The translations under genes were made by a program, and so were the position numbers. From the NCBI GenBank assembly GCA_026710545.1, contig JAPOQU010000108.1:8196-72195 (forward strand): a stretch of 64,000 nucleotides of DNA, in the 5' to 3' direction. Below, piece after piece: positions 22,550 to 34,155 of this stretch; position 1 is the stretch's first letter, and each line of letters starts with the position of its first letter. This DNA is from Gammaproteobacteria bacterium. GTDB taxonomy: Bacteria; Pseudomonadota; Gammaproteobacteria; Eutrophobiales; Eutrophobiaceae. The notes under the pieces were generated by a model, which saw only the letters and a program-made list of their open reading frames with translations, was not told where the DNA came from and searched no databases.

Positions 22550-23957
22550 AGGACACAACATGCGCCGCGTCAAGCATATCCATTTTATCGGTATCGGCGG
22601 CGCCGGTATGAGCGGCATAGCCGAGGTCCTGCATAACCTGGGTTATTCGGTATCAGGCACGGACCTTAACCCGGGGTCGTCTACGCAGCGTCTTGCCGAT
22701 ATGGGGGTTGAGGTCCGGTTTGAACACCAGGAGGAATGTGTTAACGGCAGCGACGTTGTCGTTTATTCGAGCGCCATCCCCGGCAACAATCCGGAGTTGT
22801 CGGCCGCGCGCAAACAGCGCATACCGATCATTCCCCGGGCGGAGATGCTGTCGGAATTGATGCGTTTCAGGGAAGGAATTGCGGTGGCAGGCACCCATGG
22901 CAAAACCACAACCACCAGCCTGATTGCCGGCCTGCTGGCGGAAGGGATGTTCGACCCGACCTACATCATCGGCGGGCGCCTGAATATGACGGGGTCCCAT
23001 GCGCGGCTGGGCAAGGGCAAATACCTGGTCGCCGAGGCGGATGAGAGCGATGCTTCGTTTCTGCACCTGCAACCCGTCTACGCGGTACTGACGAATATCG
23101 ACCTGGATCACCTTGAGTACTGCGGCGGCAGTTACAAGGCTCTGCAAAACAACTTTATCGATTTCCTGCATTGCCTGCCGTTTTACGGCCTGGTGGTGAT
23201 TTGCAACGATGACGCAGGTGTTCGGGAGATCATCACACACATAAACAGGCCTTATGTTACGTACGGGATTGATTCCGATGCAGATTACCGGGCGGAATCC
23301 ATCGAATACGAGGGCGCAACCACCCGTTTCGATGTAGTGCACGGCAGCCGGGACGATACTTTCCGGGTGACGTTGAACCTGCCGGGCCGGCATAACGTCC
23401 TGAATGCCCTGGCGGCCGTGGCGCTGGCAACAGAACTGGGTGTGTCGAAACAGGCAATCAGCGCCGGGTTGGCAAATTTCCAGGGCATAGCCCGCAGGAG
23501 TTCGATCCTGGGGGATATCCACATCGACGGCAAGACCGTGCTGCTTATCGATGACTATGCCCATCATCCCAGTGAAATAAACGCCATCGCCAACGCAGTG
23601 GCCGAGGGCTGGCCCGGGCGCAATGTTGTCGTCGTGTTCCAGCCGCACCGGTATACCCGTACCCGGGACCTGTTCGAGGAGTTCTGCCAGGTGTTGTCCG
23701 GGCTCAGCACATTAATCATGCTCGATGTCTATCCCGCCGGCGAACGGCCTATCAAAGGCGCCGACAGCCGTTCCCTGAGCCGGGCGCTCAGGGTCAGGGG
23801 CGAGGTGGAACCAATACTGGTGGGCAACGATACTGAATTGCTGGCCGTGCTGGAAAACGTTACCGAGCATGGCGATATCCTGCTGTTGCTGGGCGCGGGT
23901 GACATAAGCGGGTTAGGCGGCCGGTTGCTGGATTCATACGGCAAAAAGGGTGATTGA
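22542..23957 (+). CDS. murC: UDP-MurNAc:L-Ala ligase
   Basis: GIGGAGMSG, GTHGKTTT, EADESD and DDYAHHP motifs; GGAGG SD before ATG 22542. Confidence 0.96.
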   Translation: MPEGHNMRRVKHIHFIGIGGAGMSGIAEVLHNLGYSVSGTDLNPGSSTQRLADMGVEVRFEHQEECVNGSDVVVYSSAIPGNNPELSAARKQRIPIIPRAEMLSELMRFREGIAVAGTHGKTTTTSLIAGLLAEGMFDPTYIIGGRLNMTGSHARLGKGKYLVAEADESDASFLHLQPVYAVLTNIDLDHLEYCGGSYKALQNNFIDFLHCLPFYGLVVICNDDAGVREIITHINRPYVTYGIDSDADYRAESIEYEGATTRFDVVHGSRDDTFRVTLNLPGRHNVLNALAAVALATELGVSKQAISAGLANFQGIARRSSILGDIHIDGKTVLLIDDYAHHPSEINAIANAVAEGWPGRNVVVVFQPHRYTRTRDLFEEFCQVLSGLSTLIMLDVYPAGERPIKGADSRSLSRALRVRGEVEPILVGNDTELLAVLENVTEHGDILLLLGAGDISGLGGRLLDSYGKKGD

Positions 23958-24882
23958 GATGCTTATGGAAACGCTTCCTGCACATCCGGATAACCCTGCT
24001 GCAAAACCGCAGGCGCGCGGCCTGTTGAAACAGGACGAGGTGATGTCCAGGCATACTTCCTGGAAAGTCGGAGGTCCGGCAGACCGGTTTTATATCCCTG
24101 CCGGCGAGGACGACCTGGTCCGTTTTCTCGCGGCATTGCCGGATGACGAACCCGTTACCTGGATCGGTCTCGGCAGTAACGTGCTGGTGCGGGACGGCGG
24201 CATCAGGGGCACTGTCGTTGCGTCCTCCGGCATGAAGGACAAACTTGCATTGCTTGCGGACAACAGGGTGTCGGCAGGTTGCGGCACGGCCTGCGCAAAA
24301 GTTGCCCGGTTCAGCGCAAAATCCGGGTTGACCGGCGCCGAATTCCTGGCAGGGATCCCGGGATCGGTGGGAGGAGCCCTGACCATGAACGCCGGCGCCT
24401 TCGGGTCCGAGACCTGGAGTATCGTGGAACAGGTGGAGACGGTGACGCGCAAAGGTGTGCGCGGGATAAGAACCGGCGCAGATTTCGCGGTCGGCTACCG
24501 CCAGGTCGACCTGGCGCAGGACGAATGGTTCCTCAACGTGGTATTCCGGCTTGACAGGGACGCGGACGGTAGCGCGGAAACGCACATCAGGGAACTGTTG
24601 GCGAGAAGGGCCGAGACCCAGCCGACAGGCCGGTTCAGTTGCGGTTCGGTATTCAAAAATCCGCCGGATGATTTCGCCGGGCGGCTGGTCGAGCAATGCG
24701 GTTTGAAAGGTCTCGCGGTCGGTGATGCCCATGTGTCCGAAAAACACGCGAATTTCATCATCAATGACGGCCGGGCCCGCGCCGCCGATATTGAAACCCT
24801 GATTTTACGGGTGCAGGCGGCTGTAGAAGAAATGACCGGCACCAGGTTGGTTCCGGAAGTAAGAATCATCGGTGAACCGTAA
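23950..24882 (+). CDS. murB: UDP-N-acetylenolpyruvoylglucosamine reductase
   Basis: GLGSNVLV, GIPGSVGG, GSVFKNP and KHANFIIN motifs. Confidence 0.95.
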   Translation: MIEMLMETLPAHPDNPAAKPQARGLLKQDEVMSRHTSWKVGGPADRFYIPAGEDDLVRFLAALPDDEPVTWIGLGSNVLVRDGGIRGTVVASSGMKDKLALLADNRVSAGCGTACAKVARFSAKSGLTGAEFLAGIPGSVGGALTMNAGAFGSETWSIVEQVETVTRKGVRGIRTGADFAVGYRQVDLAQDEWFLNVVFRLDRDADGSAETHIRELLARRAETQPTGRFSCGSVFKNPPDDFAGRLVEQCGLKGLAVGDAHVSEKHANFIINDGRARAADIETLILRVQAAVEEMTGTRLVPEVRIIGEP

Positions 24883-24894
24883 CGAGGCACTGGT

Positions 24895-25821
24895 TTGGAC
24901 GAGCAATCAAAAAACAGGCATTACGGCAAAGTCGCCGTGCTCATGGGAGGCCGCTCGGCGGAGCGGGATATCTCCCTGCAGACGGGTAGGACGATCCTGG
25001 CAGCCCTGCGCCGCCAGGGTGTTGACGCGTGGGAAATCGATGCGGGTGATACGGTGGTGAGCGACCTGGTCGACGGCGGTTTTGAGCGCGTGTTCAACGC
25101 ACTGCACGGGCGCGGTGGTGAAGACGGTGTCATCCAGGGCGCCCTCGAAGCCCTGGGTCTGCCCTATACGGGGAGCCGCGTACTGGGTTCAGCCCTGTCC
25201 ATGGACAAGGTGAGATGCAAGTGGGTCTGGCAGAGGCTGGGCCTGCCGACTCCCGAATTCAGACTGATCCGCGTTGAAGCGGATCTGCACGCCGCCGCGC
25301 AGGAACTGGGTCTGCCGCTCATGATGAAACCGGTACACGAGGGTTCCAGTCTCGGCGCCGCCAAGGTGGTCGCCGCGCAGGAACTGAAAGAGGCATGGCT
25401 TAACGCAACAGGGTACGACGATAAAGTGATGTGCGAGCGGTGGATCCAGGGTGGTGACTACACCGTGGGCATATTGAACGGTCATGCCCTCCCGGCGATC
25501 AAGATTGAAACTGAGCGGGATTTTTATGACTACCACGCAAAATACCTGGATGACGATACCCGCTATCTCTGCCCCTGCGGCCTTGCGCAGGAGACGGAAG
25601 AAGAGCTGGCCGGCCTGGCGCTGGAGGCGTTCGATGCCATCGGCGCCGGCGGCTGGGGCAGGGTTGACATCCTGCTGGATGAAGACGAACGGCCCTACCT
25701 GATCGATGCCAACACGGTTCCGGGCATGACCGATCACAGCCTGGTGCCCATGGCTGCCCGGCAGGCAGGCATGGATTTCGACAGCCTGGTCCTGCAGGTG
25801 CTCGATACGAGTATAAAATGA
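24895..25821 (+). CDS. ddl: D-alanine--D-alanine ligase
   Basis: GGRSAERDIS, LHGRGGEDG, FYDYHAKY and NTVPGMT motifs; TTG start. Confidence 0.95.
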   Translation: MDEQSKNRHYGKVAVLMGGRSAERDISLQTGRTILAALRRQGVDAWEIDAGDTVVSDLVDGGFERVFNALHGRGGEDGVIQGALEALGLPYTGSRVLGSALSMDKVRCKWVWQRLGLPTPEFRLIRVEADLHAAAQELGLPLMMKPVHEGSSLGAAKVVAAQELKEAWLNATGYDDKVMCERWIQGGDYTVGILNGHALPAIKIETERDFYDYHAKYLDDDTRYLCPCGLAQETEEELAGLALEAFDAIGAGGWGRVDILLDEDERPYLIDANTVPGMTDHSLVPMAARQAGMDFDSLVLQVLDTSIK

Positions 25822-26576
25822 CCCAGGCCTACCTGCATATGGACAACGATATGGCGGCAGACGCCGGTGTGGAAGCCGCTGGTTCGAAAAATTACCTGTT
25901 AAGGATCCTGGTCATGGCAACGTGTATCGGTCTGGCGCTGTATTTCTGGCAGAAAATTCCGGTGCCGGAAATCCTGCCGATAAAACACGTAGAGATATCC
26001 GGTAATTTCGTACACCTCTCCCCTGCAGAGCTGGAAGAAAAGGCGGCCCAGGTTATCCAGGGCGGTTTTATGACCGTGAACGTCGCAGGCGTAAAGCGGG
26101 AGTTACTGCGGGAGGAATGGATCGCCGCGGTTATCGTCAGACGGGTGTGGCCGGACAGCCTGATGATTTTCATAACCGAACATGAACCTGTGGCCCGGTG
26201 GGGCAGTAACGCGTTGATCAGCAACGAGGCAGCCGTTTTTTCTCCAGCGGAAGCGTCCTTCCCTCCGGGTCTGCCGTTTCTGAGCGGACCCCGGGGTAGT
26301 AAAGAGACGGTATTGGACAAATACGAATTTCTGAGATCGGAACTAAAGCGCTGGGATATGGAGATCGACATGCTGGTGCTGACGGAAAGGAGAGCCTGGC
26401 AGTTCAGGCTGGCGGACGGTCCGACCGTCCTGCTGGGGAAGAAGGATGTGGAAGGCAGGTTCAACCGATTTTTCGATTTTGCAATCCCGTACCAGGCCGA
26501 CAGGTTGTACCAGGCAAAATCGATTGACATGAGGTACACGAACGGCTTTGCGGTCAAATGGACAGGGAAGTCTTAG
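25818..26576 (+). CDS. ftsQ: cell division protein FtsQ
   Basis: TM plus POTRA (RRVWPD); C-terminal IDMRYTNGFAVKW. Confidence 0.92.
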   Translation: MTQAYLHMDNDMAADAGVEAAGSKNYLLRILVMATCIGLALYFWQKIPVPEILPIKHVEISGNFVHLSPAELEEKAAQVIQGGFMTVNVAGVKRELLREEWIAAVIVRRVWPDSLMIFITEHEPVARWGSNALISNEAAVFSPAEASFPPGLPFLSGPRGSKETVLDKYEFLRSELKRWDMEIDMLVLTERRAWQFRLADGPTVLLGKKDVEGRFNRFFDFAIPYQADRLYQAKSIDMRYTNGFAVKWTGKS

Positions 26577-26639
26577 CCTTGGTCTCCCGGCAGGTGATGA
26601 GGAGCACAGGCTTAAACGATTGTTTCCGGGTGAGTGTAG

Positions 26640-27860
26640 ATGACTAATTTAATTGTTGGACTAGATATCGGTACTTCCAAAGTCGTCTCGATAGTTGCGG
26701 AAGTATCCGCGGAAAACGAGATCGAAATCATCGGCCTCGGGTCGTGCCGGTCACGGGGGTTGAAAAAAGGGGTGGTGGTAAATATCGAATCGACGGTACA
26801 GACCATCCAGAGCGCCATACAGGAAGCCGAGTTGATGGCGGGATGCAATATCCACGCGGTATTTACCGGGATTGCCGGTAACCATATCCGCAGTCTGAAT
26901 TCCCATGGAATTGTTGCGATCCGTGACAACGAAGTGACGGCAGGCGACATAGAGAGGGTCATTGACGCGGCACGGGCCGTCGCCATACCCGCAGACCAGA
27001 AGATACTGCATATTATCCCCAGGGATTTCATCATCGACGGCCAGGAGGGCATAAAAGAGCCCATAGGCATGTCCGGCGTCCGGCTGGAGGCGAAGGTACA
27101 CATAGTGACGGGTTCGGTCAGCGCGGCCCAGAACATCATAAAATGCGTGCGCCGTTGCGGCCTGGAGGCAGACGATATTGTTCTGGAGCAACTGGCGTCG
27201 AGTTACTCGGTATTGACGGAAGATGAAAAGGACCTGGGTGTCTGCCTGGTGGATATCGGTGGCGGAACGACCGATCTGGCGGTCTTTACCAACGGTGCAA
27301 TCAGCCATACATCGGTGATTCCCATAGCCGGAGACCAGGTTACCAACGATATAGCCGTTGCCTTGCGCACCCCCACCCAAAATGCCGAGGAGATAAAGGT
27401 GGAACACGCCTGTGCGCTGGCGCAACTGGCAAATTCCGACGAGACCGTAGAAGTCCCCAGTGTAGGCAACCGCCCAATGCGCAGGATGTCAAGGCAGACA
27501 CTGGCGGAAGTCGTCGAACCCCGCTATGAAGAATTATTTTCCCTGGTGCAGGCGGAATTGAGACGCAGCGGTTATGAGAGGCAAATCGTAGCCGGCATAG
27601 TGCTGACCGGCGGCAGTTCCAATATGCAGGGTGTCGTCGAATTGGCCGAAGAGGTTTTTCACGTACCTGTCCGGGTGGGAACACCGCAGAACGTCAAAGG
27701 CCTGGTCGAGTTAATAAAAAATCCGATCTACGCAACCGGTGTGGGGCTGCTGTTGTACGGCTTGCGGCAACAACAGGACCGCACCCCTACACGGCGTATT
27801 GACAGCGGGGCGACCAGTGTCTGGAAAAGAATGAAGAGTTGGTTTCAGGGTAGCGTTTAG
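26640..27860 (+). CDS. ftsA: cell division protein FtsA
   Basis: GLDIGTSK, DIGGGTTD and VLTGG motifs. Confidence 0.97.
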   Translation: MTNLIVGLDIGTSKVVSIVAEVSAENEIEIIGLGSCRSRGLKKGVVVNIESTVQTIQSAIQEAELMAGCNIHAVFTGIAGNHIRSLNSHGIVAIRDNEVTAGDIERVIDAARAVAIPADQKILHIIPRDFIIDGQEGIKEPIGMSGVRLEAKVHIVTGSVSAAQNIIKCVRRCGLEADDIVLEQLASSYSVLTEDEKDLGVCLVDIGGGTTDLAVFTNGAISHTSVIPIAGDQVTNDIAVALRTPTQNAEEIKVEHACALAQLANSDETVEVPSVGNRPMRRMSRQTLAEVVEPRYEELFSLVQAELRRSGYERQIVAGIVLTGGSSNMQGVVELAEEVFHVPVRVGTPQNVKGLVELIKNPIYATGVGLLLYGLRQQQDRTPTRRIDSGATSVWKRMKSWFQGSV

Positions 27861-27890
27861 CAATTTTTTAAAATTACGGAGGAAAACAAA

Positions 27891-29033
27891 ATGTTTGAAC
27901 TTGTCGAGACCGCAAATCAGATGGCGGTAATAAAAGTAATCGGGGTCGGCGGCGGCGGCGGTAATGCCGTTAACCACATGCTGAAGGCCGAAATAGAGGG
28001 CGTTGAATTCATCTGTGCCAACACGGATGCCCAGGCGCTGACAGCCTCGAACGCGCGCAATCTCCTACAGCTTGGCAACACTATCACCCATGGTCTGGGC
28101 GCTGGCGCCGACCCGGAAGTCGGGCGTCAATCCGCGTTGGAAGACAGGGACAGGATAATGGATATCCTGGACGGCGCGGACATGATATTCATCACGGCCG
28201 GTATGGGTGGAGGCACGGGAACCGGGGCCGCGCCGATTGTCGCGCAGGTGGCAAAGGAAATGGGCATCCTGACCGTGGCGGTGGTGACCAAACCATTCTC
28301 TTTTGAAGGCAAAAAACGGGCTGATGTTGCGAATAACGGGATCCGCGAACTCAGCCAGTACGTCGATTCACTGATCACGGTGCCTAACGACAAGCTGGTT
28401 GACGTACTGGGTTCGGATGTGCCCCTGGTAAATGCATTTGAATCCGCCGACGATGTGCTTCTTGGAGCAGTCCAGGGTATTGCCCAGGTGATAACCTGCC
28501 AGGGCTTGATCAACGTCGACTTTGCGGACGTCAAAACCGTAATGGGAGAAATGGGTATGGCGATGATGGGGTCCGGGAAAGCCCAGGGTGAAGACCGCGC
28601 CAAGGTCGCAACCGAGGCTGCCATAAGCAGTCCTTTACTGGAACACATAGACCTGTCCGGCGCCAAGGGGATACTCGCCAATATCACCGCCGGTATGGAT
28701 TTTGGCATAGGCGAGTTTAATGAAGTGGGCAATATCATCCGGACTGTTGCTGCCGAAGAAGCGACTGTGGTTATAGGTACCGTGCTTAACCCTGAGCTCA
28801 GCGGTGAGTTATGGGTAACCATCGTCGCTACCGGACTCAGCCAGCCCGGTGACGAAGTAGCGCGGCCAAAGCTGGTCGCGGCGGGTGCGGGGGGCGCCGA
28901 GAAGATGGACTATGATATACTAGACCGCCCCACGGTAATACGTAACAAAGTCGCCAATACTGATATGACCCCGGTCCGAGACGATCCCGAATTTCTTGAG
29001 ATTCCTGCTTTTCTGAGGCGTCAGGCCGATTAG
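27891..29033 (+). CDS. ftsZ: cell division protein FtsZ
   Basis: GGGTGTG tubulin signature; NVDFAD; C-terminal [12 protein letters not shown]; GGAGG SD. Confidence 0.98.
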   Translation: MFELVETANQMAVIKVIGVGGGGGNAVNHMLKAEIEGVEFICANTDAQALTASNARNLLQLGNTITHGLGAGADPEVGRQSALEDRDRIMDILDGADMIFITAGMGGGTGTGAAPIVAQVAKEMGILTVAVVTKPFSFEGKKRADVANNGIRELSQYVDSLITVPNDKLVDVLGSDVPLVNAFESADDVLLGAVQGIAQVITCQGLINVDFADVKTVMGEMGMAMMGSGKAQGEDRAKVATEAAISSPLLEHIDLSGAKGILANITAGMDFGIGEFNEVGNIIRTVAAEEATVVIGTVLNPELSGELWVTIVATGLSQPGDEVARPKLVAAGAGGAEKMDYDILDRPTVIRNKVANTDMTPVRDDPEFLEIPAFLRRQAD

Positions 29034-29034
29034 C

Positions 29035-29952
29035 GTGATCAGGCAGCGCACACTCAAGAACTCGATTCGGGCGCAGGGAGTCGGGCTGCATACGGGCAAG
29101 AAAGCCAATATCACCATACGTCCGGCAACGGTGAACACGGGAATTATCTTCCGCCGGGTTGACCAGGATCCACCGGCGGCGATTCCTGCAGACATGGCCA
29201 ATGTAGGAAGCACACAGTTGTCAACAACGCTGATCAAGGATGGTTTGAGTATTTCCACGGTGGAACACTTGTTGTCGGCTCTTGCCGGCTTCAGTATCGA
29301 TAATGCCTATATCGATGTGAGCGCCGAAGAAGTACCGATTATGGACGGCAGCGCCGGACCTTTCGTTTTCCTGATTCAATCCGCGGGAGTACAGGAACAG
29401 GATGAGGAAAAGTGCTTTCTCCGGATAAAAAGGGAATTGCGCGTTGAAGACGGTGACAAATGGGCAATGCTTGAACCTTATGACGGGTTCAAGGTCGGTT
29501 TCACCATCCAGTTCGACCATCCTGTTTTTCAGGACAGGTACTGCCGTGCCGAAATCGATTTTTCAACCACGTCGTTCGTCAAGGAGGTCTGCCGCGCCAG
29601 GACCTTCGGTTTCATGAAGGATTTTGATTTTTTACGAAAGAAGAACCTGATTCTGGGAGGCAGCCTGGATAATGCTATCGTTGTTGACAACGAACAGGTC
29701 ATCAATGAAGAAGGTCTGCGCTACCAGGATGAGTGTGTCAGGCACAAAATTCTTGATGCCATAGGTGATTTATATCTCCTCGGTCATAATCTGATCGGTT
29801 CATACCAGGGGTATAAATCAGGACATGAACTGAATAACCGGTTGTTACGCAAGCTGACCCTCACCCGGGATGCCTGGGAAATCGTTAATTTCGGAGAAGA
29901 CGTCGCCGCTTCGGTATCCTATATCCGGCCGCTGGCGTCCGTGGGTCTGTGA
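29035..29952 (+). CDS. lpxC: UDP-3-O-acyl-GlcNAc deacetylase
   Basis: QRTLK, GVGLHTG, TVEHL and HKILD motifs. Confidence 0.96.
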   Translation: MIRQRTLKNSIRAQGVGLHTGKKANITIRPATVNTGIIFRRVDQDPPAAIPADMANVGSTQLSTTLIKDGLSISTVEHLLSALAGFSIDNAYIDVSAEEVPIMDGSAGPFVFLIQSAGVQEQDEEKCFLRIKRELRVEDGDKWAMLEPYDGFKVGFTIQFDHPVFQDRYCRAEIDFSTTSFVKEVCRARTFGFMKDFDFLRKKNLILGGSLDNAIVVDNEQVINEEGLRYQDECVRHKILDAIGDLYLLGHNLIGSYQGYKSGHELNNRLLRKLTLTRDAWEIVNFGEDVAASVSYIRPLASVGL

Positions 29953-29954
29953 TT

Positions 29955-30398
29955 CTAGACCAGTTTATCCGCGATGCTGTGCAGGGTGGACCGCAGCGCC
30001 GTATCCGCAATCTGGTCGGCAGCCTGACGAATACCCTCGGCGGTGCCCGGTGAGACTTTGAGCACTTGGCGCGTGGTCCGCATCAGCGTCTCGGAGGGTA
30101 CTACCTTGATGCGGACTGTCCGGAGTCCCGGCAGTTCGCCTGTGAAAGCTGCCAGAATTTCGGGGGTGCCGTAACGTAATTTAGCCGCCCAGGCGGCGCT
30201 GTCGGTATGCAGGACAAGGGTGTTCTGGCGGTAGTCGGCAACTGCAACGTGTTCAGCCAGCGGATTGCCGAGAAACTCGCCCAGTTTGATTTGTAGTCCA
30301 TTGATTATTTTGATATGGTTACATATCTGTGAGAGTCTGGCCGAAGATACAAGGAAGTCCGATATCGTACTGATGGGTTTTGTGGTATTTATAACCAT
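29955..30398 (-). CDS. dciA: DUF721 / DciA family helicase-loader-like protein
   Basis: SAAWAAKLRY and IRIKV-like motifs; conserved position opposite lpxC and M23; start uncertain (30398 or 30413). Confidence 0.75.
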   Translation of the reverse strand: MVINTTKPISTISDFLVSSARLSQICNHIKIINGLQIKLGEFLGNPLAEHVAVADYRQNTLVLHTDSAAWAAKLRYGTPEILAAFTGELPGLRTVRIKVVPSETLMRTTRQVLKVSPGTAEGIRQAADQIADTALRSTLHSIADKLV

Positions 30399-30427
30399 TA
30401 TCTTAACAAGCAAACGGGTTGCGGCAT

Positions 30428-31312
30428 ATGAAGATCATAATCTTTCTGAACGAAAGAAAGAAGGCCCTGAGGCTATCTTTGAACGTCTGGACCTGTACTG
30501 TTGTTCTGGGTTTGTTTGCCGCACTCGCCGTTGCCGTTTCCGACGTGGGCCGCACCTATCTGGATAAACATGTTGTTGAGGGTGAACTGCAGGCCCTGGA
30601 GGATGTCAAGACAGATACGGAGACTGCCATAAACGCGATGGTGGGCAGGCTGAGTTTGTTGCAGGGCCATGTCATGCGGCTGGATGCGCTGGGAACCCGG
30701 CTCGCCCGGATGGCGCAACTGGATGACATGGAATTCGGCATTGATAATCCACCGGGTATCGGCGGACCGCAAACGATGCTCAACGACGGTTCAGGAAGGG
30801 TGTCGGATATGGAATTCCTCATTTCCCTCAATCAACTGGACCAGGCTCTGCAGGATCGTGAGGATAAGTTGTCGGCAATGGAAGCCATGCTGATGGGAAG
30901 AAGCCTGCAGGACCAGGCCAGACCCCTGGGCAACCCTGCCAAGGGTGGCTGGTTTTCATCATTATTCGGCTACAGGACCGACCCGATATCCGGCAAAAGA
31001 GAGTTTCACCTGGGGCTTGATCTGGCCGGCAGATCAGGCATGCCGGTTACCTCCGTCGCATCAGGCATCGTGACCTGGTCGGGTCCGAACCAGGGATATG
31101 GCAACCTGATTGAAATCAGTCATGGTAACGGTTACGTCACCCGGTACGCCCATAACAAGGAAAATCTTGTCAACGCCGGGGAAAAGGTCGAGAGAGGAGA
31201 AATGATCGCAATCATGGGCAGTACCGGGCGCAGCACCGGCACCCATGTCCATTTCGAAGTTGTCAGAAACGGCCGGCATATCAACCCCCGCAACTATATT
31301 TCTTTGCAGTAA
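30428..31312 (+). CDS. M23 family metallopeptidase with coiled coil
   Basis: HLGLD, YAHN and TGRSTGTHVHFEV motifs; usual position before secA. Confidence 0.9.
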   Translation: MKIIIFLNERKKALRLSLNVWTCTVVLGLFAALAVAVSDVGRTYLDKHVVEGELQALEDVKTDTETAINAMVGRLSLLQGHVMRLDALGTRLARMAQLDDMEFGIDNPPGIGGPQTMLNDGSGRVSDMEFLISLNQLDQALQDREDKLSAMEAMLMGRSLQDQARPLGNPAKGGWFSSLFGYRTDPISGKREFHLGLDLAGRSGMPVTSVASGIVTWSGPNQGYGNLIEISHGNGYVTRYAHNKENLVNAGEKVERGEMIAIMGSTGRSTGTHVHFEVVRNGRHINPRNYISLQ

Positions 31313-31407
31313 TCCTTTATTTTTTTCGGCCGTTCTGTTTTAATCAGCCAACGCCTATCTAGTACCCTTTCCAGCGTTGCTGTGCTGTACTAACCCGGAT
31401 TGTCCAT

Positions 31408-34098
31408 GTGATCAAAACTTTATTCACAAAAATCTTCGGCAGCAGGAATGCGCGCGTCCTGAAGAGCATGCAAAAGACCGTTGAGAGGATCAATGAACTT
31501 GAGCATAACGTTACCAGGCTCCAGGATAACGAGTTTCCGCAAAAAACCATCGAACTGAGATCCAGGTGGGACCAGGGTGAAAGCCTGGACGATCTCCTGC
31601 CGGAGGCGTTTGCCCTGGTACGCGAAGCGGGCAGGAGAACCCTGGATATGCGGCACTTTGACGTGCAACTGGTAGGCGGTATCGTGCTGAACCGGGGAAA
31701 CATAGCGGAAATGCGTACCGGCGAAGGCAAGACGCTGGTAGCGACGTTGCCCGCTTATCTGAACGCCCTGACCGGCTCAGGCGTCCACATTATTACCGTG
31801 AACGATTACCTGGCGCAGCGTGATGCCGAATGGATGGGGGCAATCTATTCCTTCATGGGCATGACGACCGGCGTGATCGTTTCCGGCCTCAATAATGACG
31901 AACGAAAACGGGCCTACGCCGCCGACATTACCTACGGAACCAATAATGAATTCGGTTTCGACTACTTGCGGGACAATATGAAGTTCCACGGGGACGACCA
32001 GGTGCAACGGGATCTGAAGTTCGCAATAGTCGACGAGGTGGATTCGATACTTATCGATGAGGCGCGTACACCTCTTATCATTTCAGGAAGCGTTGATGAC
32101 AGGTCCGACCTGTACCTGAGCATGAACAGGATAGTACCTCGATTGAAGCTGCAGAAAGAGGAAGAGGATGGCGGCGATTATGTGCTTGACGAAAAAAGCA
32201 AGCAGGCTTACCTGACGGAAACGGGCCATGAACGGGTGGAAAAGTTGCTGCTGGAGAACGGTATCATGCAGCGGGGCATGAGTCTGTATGATCCGGTCAA
32301 TATTCCCATTCTCCATCACATGAGTTCGGCGCTGCGGGCGCATTCCCTGTTTCAGAATAACGTCGACTATATCGTCCAGAACAACGAAGTGGTCATAGTC
32401 GATGAATTCACCGGCAGGACCATGCCCGGCAGGCGCTGGTCGGACGGTTTGCACCAGGCTATAGAAGCCAAGGAAAACGTACCTGTCCAGAATGAAAACC
32501 AGACGCTGGCGACCATCACCTACCAGAATTATTTCCGCCTTTATGAAAAGCTGGCCGGCATGACGGGCACGGCGGATACCGAAGCGTATGAATTCCAGCA
32601 GATATACGGCCTGGAAGTAGTCGTTGTCCCCACACACCTGCCGATGGTAAGGGACGATCAGCCCGATATGGTATACCTGACCTCCAGGGAGAAGTTTGCG
32701 GCAATCATCGATGATATAAAGTCCTGCCAGGAGAACGGCCAGCCTGTCCTTGTTGGCACCGTTACCATTGAGGTGTCGGAATACCTGTCCGGTCAACTGA
32801 AAAAGAACAAGATAAAACACCAGGTCCTGAACGCCAAGTACCACGAACGGGAAGCCGAAATCATTGCCCAGGCCGGCCGGCCGGGGACGGTGACCATAGC
32901 TACCAACATGGCCGGGCGGGGCACCGACATCGTGCTTGGCGGGAACCTCGATGCGGAAATCAAGAGTATGGGAGATGCGGATGAAGCAGCCGTAAACAAG
33001 GTTCGCGCGGCCTGGCAGAAACGCCATCAGAGCGTGGTCGACAATGGCGGCTTGCGCATTGTGGGTACCGAACGGCACGAATCCAGGCGCATAGACAACC
33101 AGTTAAGGGGTCGTTCCGGGCGCCAGGGCGACCCGGGGTCGAGCCGGTTCTATATTTCCCTGGAAGATGATCTGATGCGCATTTTCGCGTCGGAACGGGT
33201 GGCCTCCATCATGCAGAGACTGGGGATGGAGGAGGGTGAGGCCATTGAATCCACCATGGTTACCAGGGCAATTGAAAACGCCCAACGGAAGGTCGAGGCC
33301 CATAATTTCGATATCCGTAAACATTTACTTGAATACGATGACGTCGCAAATGATCAACGCAAGGTGATTTATGAATGGCGCAACGAGTTGCTGGGAGGAG
33401 ACGACGTTTCCACCGATATCCGGACGATGCGGGAAGATGTCGTAACAGGTATTTTTGCAAACCATATTCCCCCCGGCAGCCAGGACGAAATGTGGAACAC
33501 CGCTGACCTGGCGGATGCGCTGGCCAATGACTTGAATGTGCATTTGCCGATACAGGAATGGCTGGACGAGGATACATCCCTGGATGAAGAAGCGCTGACC
33601 GCAAAGGTTACCGGGAGCGTTGCCGAAGAAGTGGAAACAAGACATGCCGACCTGCCGCCGGATCTGGTGCGCAGGGTTGAAAAGGGTTTGATGCTGGACA
33701 CCCTGGACCGGCATTGGAAAGAACACCTGGTGGCGATGGACCATCTGCGGCAAGGCATCGGGTTGCGCGGATACGCGGCAAAGAATCCCAAGCAGGAATA
33801 CAAGAAGGAAGCATTTTCCATGTTTGGCGACATGCTGGAAAACATCAAATACGACGTTGTTACCATACTTGCGAAAATACAGGTCAGGGAGGATCAAGAT
33901 GCACAGGTATTGCAACGGCGGCCCAGACCCGCGGAAATGCAGTTCAATCATCCGGACGCGCCCAGCGCCATGGACAAACCTGGTGAGAACCAGCAGCAAA
34001 AACCCTATATACGCAATCAAAAGAAAATCGGCCGTAATGAGCCCTGCCCCTGCGGTTCCGGGAAAAAATTCAAGTTCTGCCATGGCAAACTCAACTGA
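31408..34098 (+). CDS. secA: preprotein translocase ATPase SecA
   Basis: [22 protein letters not shown] and [11 protein letters not shown] motifs; zinc-binding tail [19 protein letters not shown]. Confidence 0.98.
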   Translation: MIKTLFTKIFGSRNARVLKSMQKTVERINELEHNVTRLQDNEFPQKTIELRSRWDQGESLDDLLPEAFALVREAGRRTLDMRHFDVQLVGGIVLNRGNIAEMRTGEGKTLVATLPAYLNALTGSGVHIITVNDYLAQRDAEWMGAIYSFMGMTTGVIVSGLNNDERKRAYAADITYGTNNEFGFDYLRDNMKFHGDDQVQRDLKFAIVDEVDSILIDEARTPLIISGSVDDRSDLYLSMNRIVPRLKLQKEEEDGGDYVLDEKSKQAYLTETGHERVEKLLLENGIMQRGMSLYDPVNIPILHHMSSALRAHSLFQNNVDYIVQNNEVVIVDEFTGRTMPGRRWSDGLHQAIEAKENVPVQNENQTLATITYQNYFRLYEKLAGMTGTADTEAYEFQQIYGLEVVVVPTHLPMVRDDQPDMVYLTSREKFAAIIDDIKSCQENGQPVLVGTVTIEVSEYLSGQLKKNKIKHQVLNAKYHEREAEIIAQAGRPGTVTIATNMAGRGTDIVLGGNLDAEIKSMGDADEAAVNKVRAAWQKRHQSVVDNGGLRIVGTERHESRRIDNQLRGRSGRQGDPGSSRFYISLEDDLMRIFASERVASIMQRLGMEEGEAIESTMVTRAIENAQRKVEAHNFDIRKHLLEYDDVANDQRKVIYEWRNELLGGDDVSTDIRTMREDVVTGIFANHIPPGSQDEMWNTADLADALANDLNVHLPIQEWLDEDTSLDEEALTAKVTGSVAEEVETRHADLPPDLVRRVEKGLMLDTLDRHWKEHLVAMDHLRQGIGLRGYAAKNPKQEYKKEAFSMFGDMLENIKYDVVTILAKIQVREDQDAQVLQRRPRPAEMQFNHPDAPSAMDKPGENQQQKPYIRNQKKIGRNEPCPCGSGKKFKFCHGKLN

Positions 34099-34155
34099 CG
34101 ACAAGTTCGTCATACCGGCCATGGATGAAATCAACGTGATCTCCATGGTTAAAAC